DNA of 64,000 nt, from the NCBI GenBank assembly GCA_964531645.1, contig CAZHEF010000002.1, forward strand, positions 8,171 through 72,170, written 5' to 3'. The first letter of the stretch is position 1. Every line of letters begins with the position of its first letter. The DNA comes from an uncultured Clostridia bacterium. GTDB taxonomy: Bacteria; Acidobacteriota; Aminicenantia; JBFLYD01; JBBIMS01. The position numbers and the translations under genes were made by a program. The notes under the pieces were generated by a model. The model was not told the DNA's origin. It ran no database searches and worked only from the letters and a program-made list of their open reading frames with translations. Positions 21,062 through 30,197 of the stretch are shown here, in pieces.

Positions 21062-21964
21062 TTATCTTCTTATCTTTTGAGGATATGTTCTTTCGTCTAT
21101 AAGGTCTTTGATTTTACCCTTTGCAATTTCGAGATCCTGAGTATGGGTTACACCAAACCAGAGGGAGGAGGTAGGGATAACCTTTACTTTGATTTGATTC
21201 TTTTTAACGATTTTCCCAATTAACTCAGGAAGCAGGAACTCGGCATCGCTATCTTTCCCTTTTTCTCTCAAAAAGTCTTCAAAGCCAGATTCGATAAAAT
21301 CAAATAATGATGGAGAGAATCCAAAAAGGTTCATTGACACCTCTTCTTCACCACTAAGCTTAATTATCTCAGAACCTCTGTAGGCAAGTATTTTATTTCC
21401 CTTTTTCTCTATTTTTTGTAGCTCAGTAAGATTTAAAAGATAAGAATTTTCATCGATTTCACACACTGCTCTTGAGACATGTCCGTGGGGCGAAAGGGTT
21501 TCCTTGAGTTTATAGGAAATTAAAATATTTTCATTTTCTGGATTGGAGAGCTTTTTAAAAACAAGATTTATAGCCTCAAAACCATAAAAATCATCGGCAT
21601 TTATAACAGCAAAGGGAGAATTCACAATATTTTTGCAAACGAGGAGAGCATGGGCTGTTCCCCATGGTTTTTCCCTTGGTGAGTAAGATATATCTGGTGG
21701 CAAAAATGAATCAATTTCCTGGAAGGCATATTTAACCTCTATTCTCTTCTCCCAGTAATTGCCAACAATTTTTCTGAAATCCTCTTCAATTTCCTTTCTG
21801 ATGACAAAAACGACCCTTGAAAACCCTGCTCTTATTGCATCGTATATTGAATAGTCAAGAATTACCTCTCCAGAAGGTCCAACGGGTTTTATTTGTTTTA
21901 ACCCTCCAAATCTTCTCCCTACACCAGCTGAAAGAATTACAAGAGATAATTTATTTTCTCGCAT
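21062..21964 (-). CDS. Sugar-phosphate nucleotidyltransferase family protein
   Basis: N-terminal LVILSAGVGRRFGGLKQIKP (G-x-G-x-R nucleotide-binding loop of NTP_transferase). Substrate not assignable from sequence. Confidence 0.6.
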   Translation of the reverse strand: MRENKLSLVILSAGVGRRFGGLKQIKPVGPSGEVILDYSIYDAIRAGFSRVVFVIRKEIEEDFRKIVGNYWEKRIEVKYAFQEIDSFLPPDISYSPREKPWGTAHALLVCKNIVNSPFAVINADDFYGFEAINLVFKKLSNPENENILISYKLKETLSPHGHVSRAVCEIDENSYLLNLTELQKIEKKGNKILAYRGSEIIKLSGEEEVSMNLFGFSPSLFDFIESGFEDFLREKGKDSDAEFLLPELIGKIVKKNQIKVKVIPTSSLWFGVTHTQDLEIAKGKIKDLIDERTYPQKIRR

Positions 21965-22086
21965 AAAAGTTAGTTTAAATTTTAACTTAATTTCAAAATG
22001 AAGTGCAACAAAGTTTTTTATTTTATCTTCACACTGAAATTTTTAAATTTTCTCTTTTATGTGTTATTATTGTTATTGGAGGTAAA

Positions 22087-22560
22087 ATGAAAAGAATAAT
22101 TTCAGTATTTTTTATCCCCTTCCTTTTTCTCTTTATACTCGCTTGCAGTAAAACAGAGACAACGACATCTCTTTTAATTAGTGTTGAAGACTCTTTGCTT
22201 GCAAGAACCGGACCCGATGGTAATCTGGTCCGAGTAGATAATGATGTTTTCAAAAGAGGCGAGAGAGTTAATCTTGTATTATTGAATGTTGGTAAGTTCA
22301 AAAAAGGCGATGACGGAAAACACTGGTTCGATATTGATTTGGAAGTAACAGGTCCGAAGGGCGAGGTTGTTCTCTCCGAAAAAGGATTACTTGGTGAAAA
22401 GGGACATGTTTTTCTGCCCAATGATACTGCTGGATCTCCCTATGGAATTTTCTCAACAACAGAAGGACTTGAGCCAGGAATCTATAAAATGAAACTTACA
22501 ATCTACGACCGGATTGGAAAAGGGAAAGCAAGCGTAGTCAAATCCTTCACCCTTGAATAA
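22087..22560 (+). CDS. Small lipoprotein, hypothetical
   Basis: Start chosen at MKRIIS with a GGAGGT RBS. Lipobox FILAC-S. No recognisable domain. Confidence 0.55.
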   Translation: MKRIISVFFIPFLFLFILACSKTETTTSLLISVEDSLLARTGPDGNLVRVDNDVFKRGERVNLVLLNVGKFKKGDDGKHWFDIDLEVTGPKGEVVLSEKGLLGEKGHVFLPNDTAGSPYGIFSTTEGLEPGIYKMKLTIYDRIGKGKASVVKSFTLE

Positions 22561-22613
22561 TTAAAATTAGTCTATAACTCCGCTCCAGAAATGCTATAAA
22601 AAAGGAGTCAAAA

Positions 22614-23099
22614 ATGAGAAAAAATTTAAAGAAATGTTTTTGTCCCTTGTTTCTAATTTTAATATTTTCCATTCTTTCAATACCTGCCTTTTCAGGGGAA
22701 TTTAAGATTTATCCAGGTTCAAAACTGGATGAGAATATAACTAAAGAAGCAAATGATTTAGCTTCTCAGATAGGAATGAAAGTGAAAGCTTCCATTTACA
22801 TAACATCTGATTCCTTTGAAAAGGTATATGCTTTCTACAAGGGTATTTCCACAGAATACAAAATGCCTGAGAATAAGGAGAAATTGATCATGACAGTGGA
22901 TGGGAAGAAATATTCTGTGAAAGAAGCATATTTTATTTTTGATGATGCAAAGGAGCTCATTAGTTCAAAACTTTGGATTAAAATTCAGAGACCTTTCATA
23001 GGTAGCATGGAAGACATGGAAATAAATAGAAACACAGGAGAAATTACCTTTAAAAATGTTCGCGATTTAACAGTAATTTCAGTTTCGGATAGCAGATAA
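22614..23099 (+). CDS. Secreted hypothetical protein
   Basis: Signal peptide MRKNLKKCFCPLFLILIFSILSIPAFSG. No recognisable domain. Confidence 0.5.
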   Translation: MRKNLKKCFCPLFLILIFSILSIPAFSGEFKIYPGSKLDENITKEANDLASQIGMKVKASIYITSDSFEKVYAFYKGISTEYKMPENKEKLIMTVDGKKYSVKEAYFIFDDAKELISSKLWIKIQRPFIGSMEDMEINRNTGEITFKNVRDLTVISVSDSR

Positions 23100-23144
23100 T
23101 TTACTGACTCTTCTTCTTCATACGAGAGTCTTTTTCAATTAGAC

Positions 23145-25742
23145 TTATTGGTGCATGACACTCTCAACATGGGAAAGAGCTCGGGAGACTATCTCTTCCC
23201 CTGCTTCCTTTAATTTTCTGACATCTTCAATTGCCACCGGTAAAGTCTTCTCAAATTCAATCAGTTCAATCTTTGTATTTTGAGGGTTTATTTCAATCCT
23301 GTTCCCAGTTTGAAACGCTTCAATAAGAGAATCGGGAGACCATTCCTTTGGCCAGATGGTATTTAAAAGGAACATTCCCCTTTTCAGACGGTTTATCTTT
23401 CCAGGAAATCCATTCATAATATTAATAAAATCTTTATTATCTTTTTGGAGCTCTATTTCTATTTCAATCTTTTCCCTAACACTGAACTTTGGAAGGGCTA
23501 TTGTTAACATTAATTTGTTCCCATCGTATCTCCATGTCATATCCTTCTCTTCATTGCTGTAAATTACTTCTTTTCCATTGCATAGAATTTTCTCAGGAGG
23601 TAAAATCAGTGGAACTCTTATCTCATAGCCTCTTCTCTCAAGCATTCCCGGAAATTCTCCCACTGCTGGAGATATCTCTATTTTTATTTTATCCGGGTCT
23701 TCCCAATAATTTCTTGCTCTTTGCCATGTGAACTTATTTTTCTTGTATCCGAGAGTATTTCCCTCATCCTCATATATTTCCATTTCACCGGATTCATAGG
23801 GGAAAACCATGAAGATCAAAAGATCAACAGGCTTTTCTCCTGTATACCTAATTTTTGGTTGCATTGGAATTATTGAACCCGCCCTCACATAAACAGGGAT
23901 CTCGTCAATGGAGAAATTCCTTTCAAAAACTCCAGGACCTTCAAGGATTGAGCCTGTAAACCATTCAACCCACTTACCTTCTGGAAGCCATATTTTCTTT
24001 TTTGAAAGCATTGATTTAGAATCCTCAGGGGATGTGATGGGTGCAACCAGGATTTTATCTCCGAACATATACTGATCCTTGAAAGAATATGCTTCTTCCT
24101 TTTCTGGATAATCATAATACATCGGTCTGCAAAGGGAAATTCCTGTATCATAGGCTTTTCGGGCGTAAGTATAAATATAGGGGATGAGGGCATATCTGAG
24201 TAAAAAGGCATCCCTCATGACAAGGAAGTAATCTACAGGGTACGCCCAAATCCTTCTCTCAGCCTCTGGGTTCTTTGTTGTATGGGTTCTTAAAATTGGG
24301 CTGAAAACCCCAAATTGTATCCATCTTGTGTAAAGCTCAGGAGAAACTTTACCCGGCATATGTCCTCCAATATCGTGACTCCAGTATCCGTAAAGAACAT
24401 TGGAGGCAGTAGCTGTAAAATATGGCTGGAAAGCTAAAGAAGCCCAGACAGAAATTGTGTCCCCAGAAAATCCTATCTGATAGCGATGATTACCGAGTCC
24501 GCCCCATCTATGGAATAGAATAGGTCTTTTCCCTCTCCTTTCCATATCAGTAAAATGAACATAGTTCAGCCACCATGTGGGATTCAAGTTGGGAATCTTT
24601 GTGATATGTTGCTGTTGCCAATCAAGCCACCAGAAATCAACCCCCTGCTCTTCAAGGGGATAATGGAGAATCTTTAAATAATTGATTGCAAAGTTTTTGT
24701 TAGCTATATCAAAGGGAACATATTTTTTCGTTGATGGGTCAATTCCCATTGCCCTTGCCATCTCAGTATACTTCTCCTCATGAGGCTGAACCCCTGATGC
24801 AGGATGAAGATTCAGTGGGGTCTTGAGCCCTTTCTTCTCACACCATGATAGAAACTCTTCTGGCTCAGGAAAAAGAATCCTGTTCCATGTATATCCTGTC
24901 CATCCTAACATATGTCCCGCCTGATCAAGAATTTTTTTGTCCCATCTCAGTCCAAAAGTCAGATGCCAGTCCATATCAATGACAAGAACATCAAGGGGAA
25001 CATCATGGATTTCGAACTCTTTCACCAATTGCTTGAATTCTTGATCTGAGTATGCCCAGTATCTTGACCACCATGCTCCAAAGGCGAATCTCGGAGGAAG
25101 GGGGATTTTTCCAGCAACAAGGGTGAAATCATGAAGAGCTTTTTTGTAATCATGTCCATATCCAAAGAAATACCAGTCCTGATATTCTCCTTTTTGTCTC
25201 GGAACCACCCAGTGCCATTCTGAACTGTCAAAAAGAGGGCGAGCAGTATCATCAACTAAAACCCAACCATCCCTTGAAATAAGTCCGGGTTCAAGCTCTG
25301 TTTCGCCTTCAACTCCGTCAAGGGTTCTTATTGTTCCTTTAAGATTTCCTTTGTCCTCCATTTCAGGATGCCATACCACTTTCTTTTCATTTAAGAAAAA
25401 TTCAATTGTAAGATTATCCTTCCTAAATTTTCCATTCCCGAGCTTATACCTGAGAAAGAGCTTTTCGGTGTTAATGTATAACCAGCCATCCTTTTTAAAA
25501 ACTTTGAATTCAGGAACAGGCAAATTTCTTCTGATAAAGACAAGGGATGCGGAATCCTCAAATTTTTTGTTTTTTGACCATTCCATCCTTATAAGCTGAG
25601 GAGTAAGAACAGTAAATCTGACTTCTCCCTCCCTCACAACTGCTCTGGGATTTGCAACTGGGTCATGTTCATCGGGAGAAAAAGGAAATGAATTAAAAAC
25701 AAAAACAAAAAAAACAATCAAAAATGAAATAAATCTTTTCAT
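23145..25742 (-). CDS. Glycoside hydrolase family 31 (alpha-glucosidase / alpha-xylosidase-like), secreted
   Basis: Region VDFWWLDWQQ aligns with the GH31 nucleophile motif (WIDMNE / KTDFGE). RWGGLGNHRYQIGFSGDTISVWASL aligns with the GH31 acid/base region (R.G..G.QRY..HWGGD...W..L). ELYTRWIQFGVFSPILRTH matches a further GH31 block. Signal peptide present. Confidence 0.7.
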   Translation of the reverse strand: MKRFISFLIVFFVFVFNSFPFSPDEHDPVANPRAVVREGEVRFTVLTPQLIRMEWSKNKKFEDSASLVFIRRNLPVPEFKVFKKDGWLYINTEKLFLRYKLGNGKFRKDNLTIEFFLNEKKVVWHPEMEDKGNLKGTIRTLDGVEGETELEPGLISRDGWVLVDDTARPLFDSSEWHWVVPRQKGEYQDWYFFGYGHDYKKALHDFTLVAGKIPLPPRFAFGAWWSRYWAYSDQEFKQLVKEFEIHDVPLDVLVIDMDWHLTFGLRWDKKILDQAGHMLGWTGYTWNRILFPEPEEFLSWCEKKGLKTPLNLHPASGVQPHEEKYTEMARAMGIDPSTKKYVPFDIANKNFAINYLKILHYPLEEQGVDFWWLDWQQQHITKIPNLNPTWWLNYVHFTDMERRGKRPILFHRWGGLGNHRYQIGFSGDTISVWASLAFQPYFTATASNVLYGYWSHDIGGHMPGKVSPELYTRWIQFGVFSPILRTHTTKNPEAERRIWAYPVDYFLVMRDAFLLRYALIPYIYTYARKAYDTGISLCRPMYYDYPEKEEAYSFKDQYMFGDKILVAPITSPEDSKSMLSKKKIWLPEGKWVEWFTGSILEGPGVFERNFSIDEIPVYVRAGSIIPMQPKIRYTGEKPVDLLIFMVFPYESGEMEIYEDEGNTLGYKKNKFTWQRARNYWEDPDKIKIEISPAVGEFPGMLERRGYEIRVPLILPPEKILCNGKEVIYSNEEKDMTWRYDGNKLMLTIALPKFSVREKIEIEIELQKDNKDFINIMNGFPGKINRLKRGMFLLNTIWPKEWSPDSLIEAFQTGNRIEINPQNTKIELIEFEKTLPVAIEDVRKLKEAGEEIVSRALSHVESVMHQ

Positions 25743-27937
25743 TTTCTATCCCTCCCAATTTTTGAATAATCAAAATAAATTCTTTTAAGATTCGGGACAT
25801 TTACCATCTTCTTTCCATCAACATAAAGAGTAAACCCTTCATCTCCATCTTTGTAATGATCCTTACCATCAGGTTTATCCCATACAATTGTTAAATTATG
25901 GTTATGATAGGGTAGGTTATCCAGACAGAAGTATCCCCATTTGTTCTCTGGAATAAGAGGATCAATCTCAATAATTGTGTCATTTCTCGGAACAAGCCCC
26001 ACTAAATACTGAATAACCATATCATTGTAAGTGGAATGATTGTAATCCCTGTGTCCATACCATTCTCCTGTCTCACCATTGTAAAACTCAGCAGTGTATG
26101 GAAAATCATAATTAAAATCTTTAAACTGGACTTTTGTAAAAGACTCGAGGAGATTGAAAAGAGTATTTTTAGTGACATAGTTTTGATTGTAATTTCTGAG
26201 GGTGTTTGCAAGAGCTGAAATTACTATGCTATTGGCGTGGGGCCAGGTTGGTCCATTCCAGTAGCAAACAGTTACCCTTTCCACATCAGTTCCTGAATTA
26301 TTCTGAACACCCCATACATTTGTCTGGGAATAGGCAGGGCAAGATTTTGCAGTTGAAGCGGGAGGAAAGGGTGTCCAGAACTCCTTGTCAAACTGAAGAT
26401 ATTCCCATGCTTTTACATGCTTTTTTGAATCCATTGGTGGAAGATTAAAATAAAAGGGATAAAAACCTATAATCTCTTTAACAAATGCTTTTTCATTATC
26501 CTTTGCCCTTAAACTATAGAAGAAATGGGTCCTATTATCCCACATATTTGAAAGGAGAGATTTCTTAATTTTTTCTGCAATTTCAAGATATATTTTTGAT
26601 TTTTCAATATCTCCAATCTCTTTAAAGACAAGGGAAGTTGCTAAAGCATTTCCGTAATTGTAGCTTGTTAGGTCAACTCTCTCAAGAACCTCAGGCTTGT
26701 TAATATCATAACCAGAAAAGAAAAAGAAGGAAGGTTGCCACTCCATACCAGTTGCAAAGTGGTCATATACCTCAAGGAGATAATCTTTGTCTCTATCGCA
26801 TTCTTTCAACCATCCTTCAACATTCTTTCCCATTTTCTCCACGACTTTCTTTAAAAAATCTTTATCCTTTCTGACTAAATAAGAATCCCATATTGCGGAA
26901 GTTATCCATTCTGTATAGTATCCATCTCCAAGAAGGAATGGAGCAACAAAATTTCTATAAATTCCATTTTCGTTTATATTTTCAACAAAATTTAAAATGT
27001 AACCCTGATAATATTTTTGAGAATGGAGCCATCGTGCTTCCCTTATAACATGGGGAGCTCCATAACTTATTGTGTTTGCATACCAGGAAGACCGCCACCT
27101 GCCTTCAGAAAATGTTGGATATTTTAAGAATCCAATGTTTGTTTCTGATAGATTTTTTTTAAGGAGATAGTATCTATGATACCACATTTTTCTGAACCAT
27201 TTGTCGTGGCAATCAAAATAAGGAACCTCTGACTTGAACCAACCAATAAAATCTTTGATATGGTCATTCAAAGGTTCTTCTTTTGCAAGAAAATCTTCAA
27301 GTTTCTTCTCGCAATTAGAAGGGTCGAGAGCAAATGCCATTCCAATCCTGAATTCTTTCTCCTCTCCGCTATTTATAATTCCTTCAAAATATATTCCATT
27401 GGGATAAAACTTGTTGTAACCGGCCATCTTTGCTCTTACATAGACATGGATGCCGTGGTAAAACTGCTCAAATCCAAATATTTCATCCATTATTTTTATA
27501 AATCCTGTCTCTGAAGTAGCAACAACACGAATATTTTTATCTTCGGGTGATTTATTTTTTATTTTCAAAATGGAGACAAGAATATCTTCTCCAGTTATAA
27601 ATTTCACCCCTTCAACAAATATTCCTGAAAAATCTCCCTCCATCTTTACATGGCTCGGATAGGAAGTTGCATTCTTTATTTTTACTCTCTCATTACCTAC
27701 TGCTACATATAGATCATAGGCTTTGATATTTGTTAAAAGATAAAAATGGACGCTATCAGGAAACCCCCATCCCTGAGGAGATGTAGCCCAGAGATATTTT
27801 CCCGTTGAGCCAAAGGGAACCTCGCTGTTGTATGGTCTTTTCAACATTTCATCAATATCAAAATCATCAGGTTTAAGAATTACAGGCTGGGAAAAGAGAC
27901 TCAATGATAGAACTAATAATAAAAATAGAATTAGCAT
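25739..27937 (-). CDS. Six-hairpin (alpha/alpha)6 glycoside hydrolase, GH63-like (processing alpha-glucosidase / YgjK-like), secreted
   Basis: 732 aa. C-terminal YWNGPTWPHANSIV resembles the W-x-G-P-x-W block of GH63/GH37 six-hairpin glycosidases. Signal peptide. Stop overlaps the GH31 start (ATGA). Confidence 0.5.
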   Translation of the reverse strand: MLILFLLLVLSLSLFSQPVILKPDDFDIDEMLKRPYNSEVPFGSTGKYLWATSPQGWGFPDSVHFYLLTNIKAYDLYVAVGNERVKIKNATSYPSHVKMEGDFSGIFVEGVKFITGEDILVSILKIKNKSPEDKNIRVVATSETGFIKIMDEIFGFEQFYHGIHVYVRAKMAGYNKFYPNGIYFEGIINSGEEKEFRIGMAFALDPSNCEKKLEDFLAKEEPLNDHIKDFIGWFKSEVPYFDCHDKWFRKMWYHRYYLLKKNLSETNIGFLKYPTFSEGRWRSSWYANTISYGAPHVIREARWLHSQKYYQGYILNFVENINENGIYRNFVAPFLLGDGYYTEWITSAIWDSYLVRKDKDFLKKVVEKMGKNVEGWLKECDRDKDYLLEVYDHFATGMEWQPSFFFFSGYDINKPEVLERVDLTSYNYGNALATSLVFKEIGDIEKSKIYLEIAEKIKKSLLSNMWDNRTHFFYSLRAKDNEKAFVKEIIGFYPFYFNLPPMDSKKHVKAWEYLQFDKEFWTPFPPASTAKSCPAYSQTNVWGVQNNSGTDVERVTVCYWNGPTWPHANSIVISALANTLRNYNQNYVTKNTLFNLLESFTKVQFKDFNYDFPYTAEFYNGETGEWYGHRDYNHSTYNDMVIQYLVGLVPRNDTIIEIDPLIPENKWGYFCLDNLPYHNHNLTIVWDKPDGKDHYKDGDEGFTLYVDGKKMVNVPNLKRIYFDYSKIGRDRK

Positions 27938-27952
27938 CTTTACCTCCCTACT

Positions 27953-29083
27953 TTATTCAACAAAAAGATAAGCTTTTTCAAAATCAGAAGAAACAAGCTT
28001 TTTTCCAGCCTTTAATATCCATTCCTTTGAGCCCTTTAAAATGTAAATTTTTATTCGAAAAGCCTCCTCCTTTTGAGGAGGAAGGTAAAGGGAAGGCGAG
28101 TGACATTCAAGTTCGCCGAAGGCAAGGGGTGGCTCTTCAAGATGGCTATAAATCTGGATGGCATCACCATTGGTATCCTGCTCACTTTTAGGTCTATCGG
28201 GATATTTTGCTTCTGACGTAACATGGAAACTCATCATAACAATGTAAAATTCATTCTTTAAATTTTTTGAAACATAGGCAATCACACCCTTTGCGTATTC
28301 AGGACTTATTCCAATTTTATATCTTTTGCTTCCATGGACAAAAAAGGAAATGGAGTCACTGTTTAGCTTAACATACTCTGGAGGTAGAGGCTCAAAATAG
28401 TTTCCTCTGTAGGCTTTTTGCGAGGGTTCTTTAACAGGGACAACCATTGTTCCCTGCGGGATTATCTGAATGAGACACCACAACCCAATTATTCTATCAA
28501 GGATTTTCTCTCCATTATTCTTCAACTTATGGGTGAAATCAATGGATAGGAACTTCAAATCCGAGTTCTTGAATTCAGGATCCTTTTCAAGGGGGGTATC
28601 AGTAAAGCCTATTTCCCTTGTTAATTCTAAGTTGTAATTCTCTTTTCCGTCATTGGAGATAGTGGTGAAGGAATTTTTCAGACTTATGAATTTGTTCTTT
28701 TCGTAAGAGATAACCTTATAATTTCCGGGGTCAAGCATTGGGAAATCTCTGTTTCCACTCCAGTCAGGTTTGAATATAAAACCCTTATCTCCACCTTCGG
28801 GAGATATCCATGTTCTCTGCCCTCCCTGACCTTTTTTAATTTCAGGGCGTGTCCAGAAAAGGTTTTCTTCGTCAATGAAAGCACCGATTATCCTTGCTCC
28901 AAAGGATGGAACAACAATAAATCCAGTCCCCTTTTCCTTCTCAAAAATATAAAATTCAATATTCTCTTTTTTCAGGCATTCAATCATTTTATCCATTTTC
29001 CACCATCCTTCCTTTAAATTCTCTGCCAATGAATAAAAATTAAAAATAAATGATAAAAAAAGGGGGAATAGAATTTTCCTCAA
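27953..29083 (-). CDS. Secreted hypothetical protein, first gene of the glycosidase operon
   Basis: Signal peptide MRKILFPLFLSFIFNFYSLA. 376 aa with no recognisable motif. Lies 16 nt upstream of the GH63-like gene. Confidence 0.5.
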   Translation of the reverse strand: MRKILFPLFLSFIFNFYSLAENLKEGWWKMDKMIECLKKENIEFYIFEKEKGTGFIVVPSFGARIIGAFIDEENLFWTRPEIKKGQGGQRTWISPEGGDKGFIFKPDWSGNRDFPMLDPGNYKVISYEKNKFISLKNSFTTISNDGKENYNLELTREIGFTDTPLEKDPEFKNSDLKFLSIDFTHKLKNNGEKILDRIIGLWCLIQIIPQGTMVVPVKEPSQKAYRGNYFEPLPPEYVKLNSDSISFFVHGSKRYKIGISPEYAKGVIAYVSKNLKNEFYIVMMSFHVTSEAKYPDRPKSEQDTNGDAIQIYSHLEEPPLAFGELECHSPSLYLPPQKEEAFRIKIYILKGSKEWILKAGKKLVSSDFEKAYLFVE

Positions 29084-29297
29084 AGCGACCTCCTTATTCT
29101 CATTTTTCCTAAATTAATATATTCCCTCCTCCTGAGGTTGTCAATGGAGTCAATTTTGAATTCAGTCCCTTACAAAAACATTCCAGCCAGTGAAACTGTT
29201 TCTCTGAAGAAGGAATCAGGCTTGACCTCAGGAATTTCCTGATCTCAATGATTGTGAACTTTTTTCTTCTTGATTTTCGTCTATCTTAAAGAAGTGT

Positions 29298-30015
29298 TTG
29301 AAGAAGGAAAGCGATGACCGGAAGAAAGCTTTCAACTCTCTTATTTTCCTTTTTGTCTTCTATAGCATGATTCCTCCTTCGATATTTTTCTGGAGCCTTG
29401 TTGGTCTCGATAAAGTATGGGAAAAATTGTTATCTCCAACCGACAGGATGGCCATAAGCCATCTCTTATTGACTGCTATCACTTTCAGTTTGATATCATT
29501 ACTGCCGAGTGGGCCGAAAAACTGGGGGGTTAATCTGCAGAATTGGCGAAGGAGCCTTATCCTTGGCATCGTTTTTGGAGTTGGCTTTGGAATTATTTTT
29601 TCTATATTCAGTTTTGGTTTCAGACTCAGCGAATGGGAATTTAGTCATATGCTTGAGAAATTACATGTTCGCGAAAATCTCGTCCAATTGTTTTCTCAGT
29701 TGTTCCTCGTGGGATTGAGCGAAGAGTTTTATTTTCGGGGCATATTGCTGATTTCTTTATACAGGTTTTTCTCAAAAAAAAACGATGGGAATTCATTCAG
29801 CGGTTATGATTGTTTCTCTTGGCTTTGCCTCTGTCCAATTCTACAAGCTGATTTTCGGGGGATCTTTTACTAACATTTTCCCCTTATTTGCTGGAGCTTT
29901 TCTATACGGGCTTGTTTTGGGTGAAGTGTATCTTAGAACGGGAAGCCTTCTCGTTTCTGTTTTGATTCATAGCCTCGGGAATACCCTGATGTTTCTTTCC
30001 AGCCTGGGGATATAA
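29298..30015 (+). pseudogene. CPBP family (CAAX-like) intramembrane metalloprotease, interrupted by a +1 frameshift in an A9 homopolymer (29774..29782)
   Basis: Motif 1 EEFYFRG lies in frame 0 (29298..29873). Motif 3 HSLGN and surrounding TM helices lie in the +1 frame (29785..30015). Deleting one A in the A9 run joins them into one ~238-aa protein. The start codon is uncertain (TTG at 29298). Confidence 0.6.
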
Positions 30016-30197
30016 GCATTTTGGCCGAAATTAAGCGCAAAGAATATCAGCAGGTTTTTATTTTTCCGATATAACTCTTTCATCAGCGCAGGGAGTCGAT
30101 GTGACTTATCACGATTTATAATCTCCACGGAAAGCTGATTGAGGTTTATAAAATAAATGAGACAGTAAAAAGGAGAACAAGAAATCAGCAGTGTTAA

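Noticed and set aside
22003-22086. Upstream extension of the lipoprotein ORF (MQQSFLFYLH...)
   Set aside because: No RBS. The internal ATG at 22087 is preceded by GGAGGT and yields a canonical lipoprotein signal peptide with lipobox.
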